Shown: one piece after another, positions 9,296-18,850 of the stretch
Layout of the letters: every line of letters starts with the position of its first letter
Numbering within the stretch: position 1 is the stretch's first letter
Made by a program: the position numbers and the translations under genes
Assembly (NCBI GenBank): GCA_965242965.1
Contig: OZ251518.1
Span: 4,512,001 to 4,576,000 of the forward strand
Source of the DNA: Candidatus Poribacteria bacterium
GTDB taxonomy: Bacteria > Poribacteria > WGA-4E > WGA-3G
DNA length: 64,000 nucleotides
Direction of reading: 5' to 3'
Notes under the pieces: generated by a model
Told to the model about the DNA's origin: nothing
Database searches by the model: none
Seen by the model: only the letters and a program-made list of their open reading frames with translations

Positions 9296-12200
9296 ATGCA
9301 ACGTCAAAATGTGAATGAAGCATACCAAAAAATTATCGGCGCGCTCCGTACCGTAAGATGGACGTGGCGATGGCTTACCTTTTCTGAAGGCGTGCTGATG
9401 TGCATCGGCATCCTCGCATGCACGATGACAGGCGCGCTCGTCTGTTTTGCGTTACCCTTGCCACGCTGGTTACGCATCGCGATTATCCTCTTGGGTATCG
9501 GTATCGGCATCTGGACACTCGTCTGGTTCCTTCTCCGGCCGCTACGCCGCAAACTGACAGATGCTACGGTAGCAGCACACCTTGAGAAGACTGAGCCTGC
9601 ATTCCAGAGCCGCATTCTCAGCGCGGTGCAACTCAAGGGGACGTTAGCGGAAAACCAATTCGGATACGCGCCGGAGTTTGTCGAACAACTGATTTTTGAG
9701 ACGGCGCGCGAAGTAGAACGAATTCAACCCAAGCAGGTTTTCGCCAGCGAACATCGGCACATCAAACAGAATGCCGGCGTTGCCGGACTCGCAATGGGAA
9801 TCCTGCTCCTCACCCACTTTCTCTGGCTGCCTACGGCTTTCAAAGGGTTCGCGCAAACCTTCCAGGCTATCCCGAAAACGCCACAAGAAGTGTTGAACGT
9901 TCAGATTTCGGATGTGCATCCCGGCAATATCAACGTTGAGCCTGGCACAGATGTTACCATCACGGCGAATGTCAGTGGGCATCTTGGTGCGCCGGTCGCG
10001 CTCTATTATCGGATTGGGAGTCAATATCAAGAGCGGGAGGGTTCGTCTACGGTATTGCATCGAGACCGGGAGGGCTCGCCTACCGGGGGGAGTCGAGACC
10101 GGGAGGTGATGCATCGAGACCGGGAGGTCTCGCCTACTGAGACAAATCGAGACGGGACGGAATGGCATTCGCTGGAGATGCACCGCAGCTTGACCGAAAT
10201 TCTCTATAGCGCGACGATTGAAAATGTCGATAGAGCACTTCAATACTATATCACGTCGAAAGAGGTTGCGTCCGAAAAGTATCAGATCAGGGTGAACCGC
10301 GAGCCGGGCGTGAAGCAGTTCCAGATGCAGCTCAACTCTCCTGCTTATACGCAACTTCCGCCGCAAACGTTAGAGGCGAACGTCGGCGATATTTACGCGC
10401 TCTTCGGGACAGAAGTTGTTTTCACGGGGGACAGCAATAAACCGCTCGCCTCAGCATATTTGGATTTTGAGGAATCCGAAGATGTTTCGTTGGAAATTAC
10501 GGAATCTGGTGAGACAGGGGCCCGGCGAGGGACAGGCAATGGCACGGCTACGCGCATTGATGGCACTTTCATTGCGCGAAAGAGTGAAAATTACAGCATC
10601 CGTTTGATAGACGCGGAAAACGGGCTCACGAACCGCAACCCGATTCGTTATACCGTCAATGTTATCAAGGATGCCGCACCGGCCGTTGACATCATTGAAC
10701 CCGCCCGCGACAGCGTGCTAGACGATGCCATGTTCGTGGAACTCAAGGTAGAAGCGACAGACGACTACGGCATTCAAGCACTCCAACTCGTCTATCGGGT
10801 TGAGAGAGAGGACGCTGCAGAGGTGAACGTTCCGCTAAAGCAGTGGAAACCGCTGGCGGTGCAGCAATCCGTGTTTGTTACGTATACGTGGGATGTAGAC
10901 GCGGTTGGCATGTTTCCCGGTGAAACGCTTGCCTATTATGTGCAGGCACTTGATACCGATAATATATCGGGACCGAATGTTGGCAAATCGTTGACGTATA
11001 CGCTCCGCTTCCCGTCGCTCTCCGAAATGTATGACGAAATCTCCGCTGAACAGCAGACGGAGCAGCACGGCATTGAGGAACTCTTTGACGAACAGGCGGA
11101 AGCCGCCGGGTTGGTAGACACGCTCCTTGATAAAATCCGAAAGAGTCAGCGGCTCACGCTCAAGGACGAAAACCTGATGCAACAGGTGCTTGAGACGCAG
11201 GAGCAGATCGAAGAAGCCGCGATGTCGCTCGTTGAAGATATGAAGAAGACAGCGGCGGATATGGAGAAAAACCAACTCTTTGACACGGAAACACTCCAGA
11301 AATATCAGGAATTGCAGGAATTGATGGAGCAGGCACTCTCGGAAGAGCATAAGGAACTTTTGCGGAAGTTATCGGAAGCGTTGGCTACGCAAGAATTGAC
11401 GGAGCAAGAAAAGGCACTGATGGAGGCGAATCTGAATCAGGAGCAGTTCCTGCAACAGTTGGAACGCGCCAAATCGCTTTATGAACAGCTCCTCCTGCAA
11501 CAGGAGCTTGAAGCTGCCGTGAAGCAGGCGGCGGCTCTCGCTGAACAACAGAAGGAACTGATGGATACACTGACGGCGATTGAAGAAGGGGCAAACGCGC
11601 CACAAGAGGGACAACCTACGGATACGCCGCAATCCCTGGCGCAAAAAGAAGACCGGGTGGGTTCGGAGGTTTCTCAACTTCAGGAAAAATTAGATAGCCT
11701 CGGTGAGGAGATGGGCAAGTTGGCGGAGAAACAGGAGAGTGATGCAATGGGTACCCCGCCGCAAATCGGGCGGCTCGCCGACGAAATCGAGCGGCTTAAT
11801 CAGTTCGCGCGAGAGCATCAACTCACCGAAACACTCCAAGACACGAGCGCGAATTTGCGCAGCGGACAAAACCAGCAGGCTCTTCAATCGGGACGAGAGG
11901 CAGAACAAACGTTGACAGAGCTCGCGCAAGGTCTGGATAATGCCTTAGAATTCATGGAAGGTGCGAATGCCGATGCCGCGCAAGCGGCGATGCGCCAAGC
12001 TGTCACCAGCGCGCTGCATCTCTCGCATCTCCACGAGAAAGTCCTTGAGGAGACGCAGGCGTTGTCGTCAGCCACTACCACAGAAAATCCCGTTGATGGC
12101 GAAATTAAGCAGATGCAGCAACTCGCCGCGGAGGAATTGAGTGCATCGGAGGGACTTGAGCGACTTGCGACGCAGCTGTGGGAGTTAGGCACGCGGCAGA

Positions 12201-12955
12201 TGGAAGTAGAACCGGAGATTGTATGGCGGCTCAACGCTTCAAACGACGCGCTGTCTCGTGCGGCGCGCGCGTTAGAGGATAGGCAGCCGGGGCTCGCCGT
12301 GCCTATCCAACGCGCTGCACTCGCTGATATGAACACGGCGATTTTCCAGTTGCTTAATGCCATGGCACAGATGAACCAACAGATGGGTGCAAGCGGTTTG
12401 GAAAACATGATGGAGCAGTTGCAGCAACTCGCGCAAGGCCAAGAACAACTGAACCAGATGGCGCAGAATCTGAACCAGCAGATGCGGCAACAGGGGCAAA
12501 CGCCGGGGCTTCAGGAGATGCTCAGGCAGCTCGCCGGGCAGCAGCAACTCATCCGTGAGGCAACCGAACGCCTCGCAGAGATGGCAGAACAGATGGCGGA
12601 AATGCTCGGCAGCCTCAAGGATGTCGCCGAAGATATGACAGAAGTTGAGAAATCCCTTCAACAGGGTGAAATCAACCGACAGGTTCTTGATAGACAGGAG
12701 CAAATTCTGACGCGGATGCTGGATAGCCTTAAATCGTTGCAGAAGCGCGATGTCGGCAAACAGCGGAAAGCACAGGTGGCGAAGAATCCGTCGACACCTG
12801 CACAGGAGGTGCCGCCGTTGCATCCTGACTTGCTCGAAATCGTGCGGAAGTTAGAGACTGCACCGAACGCAACCGAGGTAGAAAATATCCCGTTTCAATA
12901 TCGGGAACAACTTCGGCAGTATTTCAAGCGGCTTTCACAGCGTTCAGACAACTAG
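9296..12955 (+). CDS. DUF4175-like membrane-anchored long coiled-coil protein; carries in-frame REP insertions
   Basis: N-terminal TMs, Ig-like middle (PAYT, DDYGI), Q/E-rich coiled coil, C-terminal PFQYREQLRQYF; typical partner of VWA and DUF4159 genes. Confidence 0.75.
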   Translation: MQRQNVNEAYQKIIGALRTVRWTWRWLTFSEGVLMCIGILACTMTGALVCFALPLPRWLRIAIILLGIGIGIWTLVWFLLRPLRRKLTDATVAAHLEKTEPAFQSRILSAVQLKGTLAENQFGYAPEFVEQLIFETAREVERIQPKQVFASEHRHIKQNAGVAGLAMGILLLTHFLWLPTAFKGFAQTFQAIPKTPQEVLNVQISDVHPGNINVEPGTDVTITANVSGHLGAPVALYYRIGSQYQEREGSSTVLHRDREGSPTGGSRDREVMHRDREVSPTETNRDGTEWHSLEMHRSLTEILYSATIENVDRALQYYITSKEVASEKYQIRVNREPGVKQFQMQLNSPAYTQLPPQTLEANVGDIYALFGTEVVFTGDSNKPLASAYLDFEESEDVSLEITESGETGARRGTGNGTATRIDGTFIARKSENYSIRLIDAENGLTNRNPIRYTVNVIKDAAPAVDIIEPARDSVLDDAMFVELKVEATDDYGIQALQLVYRVEREDAAEVNVPLKQWKPLAVQQSVFVTYTWDVDAVGMFPGETLAYYVQALDTDNISGPNVGKSLTYTLRFPSLSEMYDEISAEQQTEQHGIEELFDEQAEAAGLVDTLLDKIRKSQRLTLKDENLMQQVLETQEQIEEAAMSLVEDMKKTAADMEKNQLFDTETLQKYQELQELMEQALSEEHKELLRKLSEALATQELTEQEKALMEANLNQEQFLQQLERAKSLYEQLLLQQELEAAVKQAAALAEQQKELMDTLTAIEEGANAPQEGQPTDTPQSLAQKEDRVGSEVSQLQEKLDSLGEEMGKLAEKQESDAMGTPPQIGRLADEIERLNQFAREHQLTETLQDTSANLRSGQNQQALQSGREAEQTLTELAQGLDNALEFMEGANADAAQAAMRQAVTSALHLSHLHEKVLEETQALSSATTTENPVDGEIKQMQQLAAEELSASEGLERLATQLWELGTRQMEVEPEIVWRLNASNDALSRAARALEDRQPGLAVPIQRAALADMNTAIFQLLNAMAQMNQQMGASGLENMMEQLQQLAQGQEQLNQMAQNLNQQMRQQGQTPGLQEMLRQLAGQQQLIREATERLAEMAEQMAEMLGSLKDVAEDMTEVEKSLQQGEINRQVLDRQEQILTRMLDSLKSLQKRDVGKQRKAQVAKNPSTPAQEVPPLHPDLLEIVRKLETAPNATEVENIPFQYREQLRQYFKRLSQRSDN

Positions 12956-13485
12956 AGGCTTGGCGAGGGACAGGCCCTCGCCCTACGGTAAGAGAAGCCG
13001 TTCCGGCTACCGTAGCGCGGGGGCCTGTCCCCCGCGATCGTTTCAGGCCCCGGCGCGCGGGGGCCCTCGCAGGTTTCCACACGCGCGTCCGAGCGGGTTT
13101 CCCTTGCCATGCAACTGATGAGAGATGTCCGCTTAAGGTCCGTAGGACCTTAATGTCTATAGTCCTTCGCGATGCGAAGACTCTTAAGGTCTGTAGGACC
13201 TTAATGTGCAGCCGCACCGCGTGGCTCGCATGTTATTAAGGACCTAACGGACCTTGACAAGGGGCCGACACGTATTTCTATAGACATGCAGGACCTAAAG
13301 GACCTGAAGAGACGTTCTTTTCAAAAGAGATTTCGCCGCCGCGAGGGAGAGAATCCTGCAAATCCTATAATCTTGTAAATCCTGATTCAGACACCTAGAG
13401 GCATCGCGGGGGACAGGCCCCCGCGCTACGGGAACGGGACGGTTTATTCATGTTCGCGGGGGACAGGCCCCCGCGCTACGGTATC
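12956..13485. repeat. Intergenic REP mosaic
   Basis: GGCGAGGGACAGGCCCTCGCCCTACG, GCGGGGGACAGGCCCCCGCGCTACG, AGGTCCGTAGGACCTTAATGTCTATAG and AATCCTG units. Confidence 0.9.
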
Positions 13486-13496
13486 ATGATATTTTC

Positions 13497-13525
13497 TTGC
13501 CATTTGCGACACATTATGGTATCAT
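13497..13525 (+). promoter_or_regulatory. Sigma70-type promoter, probably giving a leaderless mRNA
   Basis: TTGCCA-17-TATCAT with extended TG; ATG 13532 lies 6 nt after the -10 box and has no RBS. Confidence 0.5.
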
Positions 13526-13531
13526 GATGAC

Positions 13532-14263
13532 ATGTTAAGTTATGCACAGACTCCGTGGGTCTATCTCGATCCGACGGTTATCAGTTATTACGTGGCGGAT
13601 TCAAGCAAGAATCCACAACTCGCTTTGTGGCAATTGGAGAGCCGCCGTTTTTGGAACGATTTCCAGCATCGATTCACGTTTGTAGTTTCCGAGACGGTTA
13701 TTGGTGAAATCAGCGCAGGTGATGCGATGCAAGCGAGGAAGCGGCTCGCTGCAGTCGCACATCTCCCCATATTGCCGACGACATTAGCGGCTGATGCGCT
13801 CGCGCAGCAACTGCTCACCGCGCGTGCGGTGCCAGCAAAATCGGAACCGGATGCTCAACACATTGCCATCGCCACGGCGCATGGCGTTGATTACCTCGTT
13901 TCGTGGAATCACAAGCATCTCGTGAATGAAAACCAACTCAGGCAAATTCATCGCGTATGCGAGGGTGCCGGGTTTCAGCCCATCACCATCTGCACGCCGA
14001 CAACCTTAATGGAGGGACATGTCATGAAAGAAAAATTCGTTGGGAAGTGTTATCTCCCCGGTTTCGATCCGGCGACTTACACGGATCCGGTGCTCGAAGA
14101 ATGTTACCGAATGAAGCAGGAGTTCAACGCGCAGTTCAAGAACCTTGAGGAACTCCAAGCGTATTTAATCGCGCGAGAAATAGAAAATCGGGAGAAGGGA
14201 TATAAATATGTCCCGATTCCGCCGCATTTGGAGCGGTATCCTCATCAGGAGGACGTAGACTAA
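13532..14263 (+). CDS. PIN-domain (VapC-like) protein with a fused ~80-aa C-terminal module
   Basis: VYLDPTVISY, SETVIGE, DAQHIAIA, LVSWNHKHL, ICTP; internal GGAGG RBS and in-frame ATG at 14024. Confidence 0.8.
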   Translation: MLSYAQTPWVYLDPTVISYYVADSSKNPQLALWQLESRRFWNDFQHRFTFVVSETVIGEISAGDAMQARKRLAAVAHLPILPTTLAADALAQQLLTARAVPAKSEPDAQHIAIATAHGVDYLVSWNHKHLVNENQLRQIHRVCEGAGFQPITICTPTTLMEGHVMKEKFVGKCYLPGFDPATYTDPVLEECYRMKQEFNAQFKNLEELQAYLIAREIENREKGYKYVPIPPHLERYPHQEDVD

Positions 14264-14269
14264 CCGTGA

Positions 14270-14735
14270 GAGATCGCGGGGGACAGGCCCCCGCGCTACG
14301 GTGAAAAAAAACGCCGCCCCTTTACGTAGGGCGAGGGCCTGTCCCTCGCCATGCCTAGATCTACCGAACGCTCGCGGGGGACAGGCCCCCGCGCTACGGT
14401 AACCGGACATCTTCTTGACAGAACGGCCCCCTTCCTCGTAGGGCGAGGGCCTGTCCCTCGCCGTGCTGCGATCTATCAAACAACTCTTTTAGGTCCGTAG
14501 GACCTGAATGTCTATAGAAAAACGTGCCGCACCCTAGCAAGGTCCGTAGGACCTTAATAGTGCATCGAGACCAGGAGGTCTCTCCTACGGGACGATCGCG
14601 GGGGACAGGCCCCCGCGCTACAGTAACCGGACATTTTCTTCACAAAACGGTCCCCTTCACCGTAGGGCGAGGGCCTGTCCCTCGCCATGCCGCGGTCCAC
14701 CGAAAACTCGCGGGGGACAGGCCCCCGCGAGGCGT
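14270..14735. repeat. Intergenic REP mosaic
   Basis: Alternating-orientation GGGGACAGGCCCCC and GAGGGCCTGTCCCTC hairpins, GGTCCGTAGGACC units. Confidence 0.9.
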
Positions 14736-14750
14736 TACCGTGATATTTTC

Positions 14751-14779
14751 TTTACATTCGCCGAAACTTATAGTATAAT
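14751..14779 (+). promoter_or_regulatory. Sigma70-type promoter upstream of nagZ
   Basis: TTTACA-17-TATAAT. Confidence 0.55.
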
Positions 14780-14784
14780 AATTA

Positions 14785-14862
14785 CCAGAAAACTTGGAAG
14801 CAGATGCCCAACACATTGCCATTGCCATGGTGCATGGCGTTGATTACCTTGTTTCCCTGAAT
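14785..14862 (+). pseudogene. Short relic of a PIN gene (EADAQHIAIAMVHGVDYLVS)
   Basis: Strong nucleotide similarity to ~13832-13909 of the upstream PIN gene; no full ORF. Confidence 0.7.
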
Positions 14863-14882
14863 GCCAATAGAGGAGATAAAAC

Positions 14883-16547
14883 ATGCGTATCCATTACGCG
14901 CTATCTATCATCGCGCTCTTCATCTTTTGCATCACAATTTGCGCGCCCGCGTTTGCGCTCACCGATGCCGAAATTGAGGCGACGCTACATCGGATGTCCG
15001 TAGACGAAAAAGTCGGACAACTCCTCCTCGTCGGTATTGGCGGCAAACGGGTGAGCCAAGTCGCGAAGGCGCATATTACCAAACGCTTTGCCGGCGGCAT
15101 TATCCTCTTTGGACGGAACATAACGGATGCACAGCAGGTGGCGAGTTTAACGACTGAACTCCAACAGGTAGCACAACAAACGCCGAATGCAATCCCGCTG
15201 TTCATCGCGATGGACCAGGAGGGTGGGATTGTCGCGCGCTTGAAAAAGGGGGTGAGCGTCTTCCCCGGCAACCTCGCTTTAGGCGCGACGCGCTCAGAAC
15301 ACCTCGCCGAAAAAGCAGGGGAAATCACGGCACTGGAGTTATCCGCTGTCGGCGTGAATATCAACTTCGCGCCGGTGATGGACATTAACACTAACCCGCG
15401 CAATCCTGTCATCGGCGTGCGTGCCTACGGGGAGTCAGCGGAACTTGTCTCGCAATTGGGCACCGCTTATATCCGCGGTTTACAAGGGAACGGGATTCTT
15501 GCCACCGCTAAACACTTTCCGGGACACGGCGATACGCACGTCGATTCGCACAAAAAACTGCCCACCGTCGGACACGACAAGAAACGGATGGACGCGGTTG
15601 AACTTGCACCGTTTCGGGAGGCAATTAAGGCGAAGGTCGCGGCGATAATGTCGGCGCATATTCTCTATCCCGCGCTCGATGCAGATACACCGGCGACGCT
15701 GTCACATCGCATTTTGACGGGACTGCTCCGCGAACAACTCGGATTTGCAGGACTTATCATTACCGATGACCTGGAGATGCAAGCCATCGATGCGCATTAC
15801 CAGACTGGCAACGCCGCTGTCATGGCAATCCGAGCCGGTGCAGACTTGGTGATGGTGCCGTGGACGCTGAAAAAACAGCAGCAGGCATATAACGCGCTCC
15901 GGAACGCGGTGAAACGCGGAAACATTTCACACACTCGTCTCGATGCATCGGTGCGGCGGATTTTGAAGGCGAAAGGGGATTTCGGGATGTTCGCGCGAAA
16001 ACAGGGCAGTTCGGTGCTTGATTCGGTGCTTGATGGGGTTGGCAGTCCACAGCATCGAGAGATTGCGCAAACCATCGCGACGCGGGCGATAACTGTCGTC
16101 AAAGACAGCGATGGCATACTGCCATTAAGTAGCGCAACTCGCAAACCGATTACGCTCATCACTGCCTCGCGCATTTTTGCGAATGCATTCCTGAAATCGC
16201 ATACCGATACGGCGCATATTACGCATGTCAAAATTCCAAAACAACTTGACGTTGCAAAACTGCTGCCGCAATTGACGCGACAGCAAGCCGCTGTCGTTGT
16301 TGCCGGGATTACCAACGCGCGGCAGGCAGCACTGATTCATCAACTTTCACAAAACAGTTCAACCCCTATCGTCGTGGTTTCGCTTGCATCGCCGTATCTG
16401 TTGGGACGCTGTCCTGACGTTGCCGCCGCAATCGCCGCCTACGATGGGAACTACTCTTCCTCGCTCGCCGCCGTGGAAGTCATACTCGGAAAACAGCAAG
16501 CGACAGGGAAGTTGCCGGTTACGATTCCGCCTCGCGTGCCAGAATAG
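14883..16547 (+). CDS. nagZ: Beta-N-acetylhexosaminidase, glycoside hydrolase family 3, secreted
   Basis: Signal peptide; DQEGG, APVMD, KHFPGHGDTHVDSH, ITDDLEM; GH3 C-terminal domain. Confidence 0.9.
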   Translation: MRIHYALSIIALFIFCITICAPAFALTDAEIEATLHRMSVDEKVGQLLLVGIGGKRVSQVAKAHITKRFAGGIILFGRNITDAQQVASLTTELQQVAQQTPNAIPLFIAMDQEGGIVARLKKGVSVFPGNLALGATRSEHLAEKAGEITALELSAVGVNINFAPVMDINTNPRNPVIGVRAYGESAELVSQLGTAYIRGLQGNGILATAKHFPGHGDTHVDSHKKLPTVGHDKKRMDAVELAPFREAIKAKVAAIMSAHILYPALDADTPATLSHRILTGLLREQLGFAGLIITDDLEMQAIDAHYQTGNAAVMAIRAGADLVMVPWTLKKQQQAYNALRNAVKRGNISHTRLDASVRRILKAKGDFGMFARKQGSSVLDSVLDGVGSPQHREIAQTIATRAITVVKDSDGILPLSSATRKPITLITASRIFANAFLKSHTDTAHITHVKIPKQLDVAKLLPQLTRQQAAVVVAGITNARQAALIHQLSQNSSTPIVVVSLASPYLLGRCPDVAAAIAAYDGNYSSSLAAVEVILGKQQATGKLPVTIPPRVPE

Positions 16548-16640
16548 GCGCGGTTTCAAACCGCGCTTCTCAGTAGGAGAGACCTCCTGGTCTCGATGCA
16601 ATACCTCCTGGTCTCGATGCAATACCGGGCCCTCCTACGA
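16545..16640. repeat. REP hairpins downstream of nagZ
   Basis: TAGGCGCGGTTTCAAACCGCGC and GTAGGAGAGACCTCCTGGTCTCGATGC with a partial duplicate. Confidence 0.75.
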
Positions 16641-16717
16641 CATCGTTTGTCAGATTAGAAGGCGAAGGAAACTTGTCTCCCACCGAACCGCAACCGAAGA
16701 AAAGAAGGGAACTAAAA

Positions 16718-17743
16718 ATGACACGAAACACATCAGTCAGCATCACCGACGATGCATTCTATATTAACGGAGAAATTACGTATCCGGGGCGTTCCTACGA
16801 GGGGCACAAGGTTGAAGGGTTGCTGATGAACACCCGCATGGTGCAAGGCATCTTTGACGATAGGAACCCGGAAACGCTCCACCGCTGGGAGTATCCAGAC
16901 ACCGGCAAGTGGGATGCCGAACGGAATACCCGCGAATTTCTCGCCGCCATGCCTGAATGGCGCGCACACGGTATCCTAGCATTCACTATCAACTTGCAAG
17001 GCGGAAGCCCGGAGGGGTATTCTAAAGCGCAACCGTGGCACAACTCGGGGATTGAATCCGATGGCAGCCTCAATCCGGATTACCTCTCGCGGCTGGAGAG
17101 AATTATCGCGCGCGCCGATGAGCTCGGCATGGTTGTCATTCTCGGCTACTTCTATTTTGGGCAAGACCATCGGCTCACCGACGAGACGGCTGTCATCCGT
17201 GCTACTGACAACGCAACGCACTGGCTTTTTGAGCAGGGGTATACCAATGTTATCGTTGAGGTGAACAACGAATGCAACGTCCGCTATTCGCATGAGATTT
17301 TGCAACCGGAACGGGTGCATGAACTCATTGAACGCGTCAAAGCGACGACGCGCGATGGCAAAAGGTTCCTCGTCGGCACCAGTTATGGCGGCGGGAGGGT
17401 GCCGTTTGAAAACGTCGTCCGTGCATCCGATTTCCTGCTCGTCCATGGCAACGGTGTGAAGGATCCGAATCGCATCGTTGAGATGGTGCGGCAGACGCGC
17501 GAAGTGCCCGGTTACCGCCCGATGCCCATCCTCTTCAACGAGGATGATCATTTCGATTTTGACAAACCGCTTAACAACTGCGTTGCTGCTGTTAGTCAAT
17601 ACGCCTCTTGGGGTTACTTTGACCCGGGCGAAAACGACTATCACCACGGGTATCAGTCTGTGCCGGTGCAGTGGCAAATCAACACGCCGCGCAAGCGCGC
17701 CTTTTTTAACAAAGTCCGTGACATCACCGGCGTAAGCCGATAG
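16718..17743 (+). CDS. Uncharacterised glycoside-hydrolase-like TIM-barrel protein (clan GH-A-like)
   Basis: ADELGMVV, EVNNE (putative acid/base), PILFNED (putative nucleophile); ATG 16718 follows AAGGGA. Confidence 0.6.
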   Translation: MTRNTSVSITDDAFYINGEITYPGRSYEGHKVEGLLMNTRMVQGIFDDRNPETLHRWEYPDTGKWDAERNTREFLAAMPEWRAHGILAFTINLQGGSPEGYSKAQPWHNSGIESDGSLNPDYLSRLERIIARADELGMVVILGYFYFGQDHRLTDETAVIRATDNATHWLFEQGYTNVIVEVNNECNVRYSHEILQPERVHELIERVKATTRDGKRFLVGTSYGGGRVPFENVVRASDFLLVHGNGVKDPNRIVEMVRQTREVPGYRPMPILFNEDDHFDFDKPLNNCVAAVSQYASWGYFDPGENDYHHGYQSVPVQWQINTPRKRAFFNKVRDITGVSR

Positions 17744-17793
17744 CCGCGGTTTCTACCCGCGCCCACACTTAATAACAAAAGGAAAACCACGAT

Positions 17794-18567
17794 ATGCCTC
17801 AAATTCCGCCAATTTATCTTGCGATTGCAATTGCCGTTGTCGTGATGCTCGCTACCAGCATTCGCATCCTCAAAGAATACGAACGCGCCGTCATCTTCCG
17901 CCTCGGCCGGTTGACAGGCACGCGAGGGCCCGGGCTCGTCCTCTTGATTCCGTTTTGGATTGAACGGATGCAGCGCATCAGCCTCCGCGTCATCGTCAAC
18001 GATGTCACCCCGCAAGATGTCATTACCAAAGACAACGTCTCCGTTAGCGTCAACGCCGTGCTGACATTCAGAGTCGTTGGAGCTGACCGGGCTGTGATAG
18101 AGGTGGAGGACTTCGGGTTCGCCATCTCTCAAGTTGCGCAAACGACACTCCGTAGTGTGCTCGGACGCGCTGAACTCGATGACCTGCTCTCTGAACGCGA
18201 AAAACTCAATCAAGACTTGGAAGCAATCATCAAAGAGCACTGTGAACCGTGGGGAGTTGAGGTGCTTGCTATGGAGATTAAGCACGTCGATTTGCCGGCA
18301 GAGATGCAGCGCGCCATGGCGAAGCAGGCGGAAGCAGAACGCGAACGCCGCGCAAAAGTCACGCATGCACAGGGAGAATTGGAATCGGCACAGGCATTAA
18401 CTGGCGCAGCCCAAGTCTTGAGCGAATCGCCGACAGCCTTGCAACTCCGCTTCCTGCAGGCATTGGTAGAGGTGAGTGCGGAGAAAAACTCTACCGTCGT
18501 CTTCCCCATTCCGATCGATCTGCTGAGTCCGTTTTTGAACAAGGAGACAGAAAAGGAGAAGTGGTAA
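17794..18567 (+). CDS. SPFH/Band 7 (stomatin/slipin) family protein
   Basis: N-terminal [46 protein letters not shown]. Confidence 0.95.
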   Translation: MPQIPPIYLAIAIAVVVMLATSIRILKEYERAVIFRLGRLTGTRGPGLVLLIPFWIERMQRISLRVIVNDVTPQDVITKDNVSVSVNAVLTFRVVGADRAVIEVEDFGFAISQVAQTTLRSVLGRAELDDLLSEREKLNQDLEAIIKEHCEPWGVEVLAMEIKHVDLPAEMQRAMAKQAEAERERRAKVTHAQGELESAQALTGAAQVLSESPTALQLRFLQALVEVSAEKNSTVVFPIPIDLLSPFLNKETEKEKW

Positions 18568-18599
18568 GTTTGTCAAGGCGGATGGCTCGCTCTTTCCCC

Positions 18600-18836
18600 G
18601 GTAAGAGTCTCGATTTCTTTGTCGATTTTTGCTGTCGGCGCGCTGTCCTGGTCTCGATGCGAGCGATGGCCCGGTAGGCGAGACCTCCTGGTCTCGATTT
18701 CTTCCTCCCGGTCTCGATGTGGTTTCGTATCGGGACAAGGATGTCCCTCCTACCGGGAAGGCATCGGGCCCACCGCTGTCGTTTGCAAGTGCCTGAACTA
18801 CAGGGGTGCATCGAGACCAGGAGGTCTCTCCTACGG
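18600..18836. repeat. Intergenic REP mosaic between convergent genes
   Basis: GAGACC/GGTCTCG and GGGACAAGGATGTCCC hairpins. Confidence 0.8.
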
Positions 18837-18850
18837 TTGACAAACTGCGC

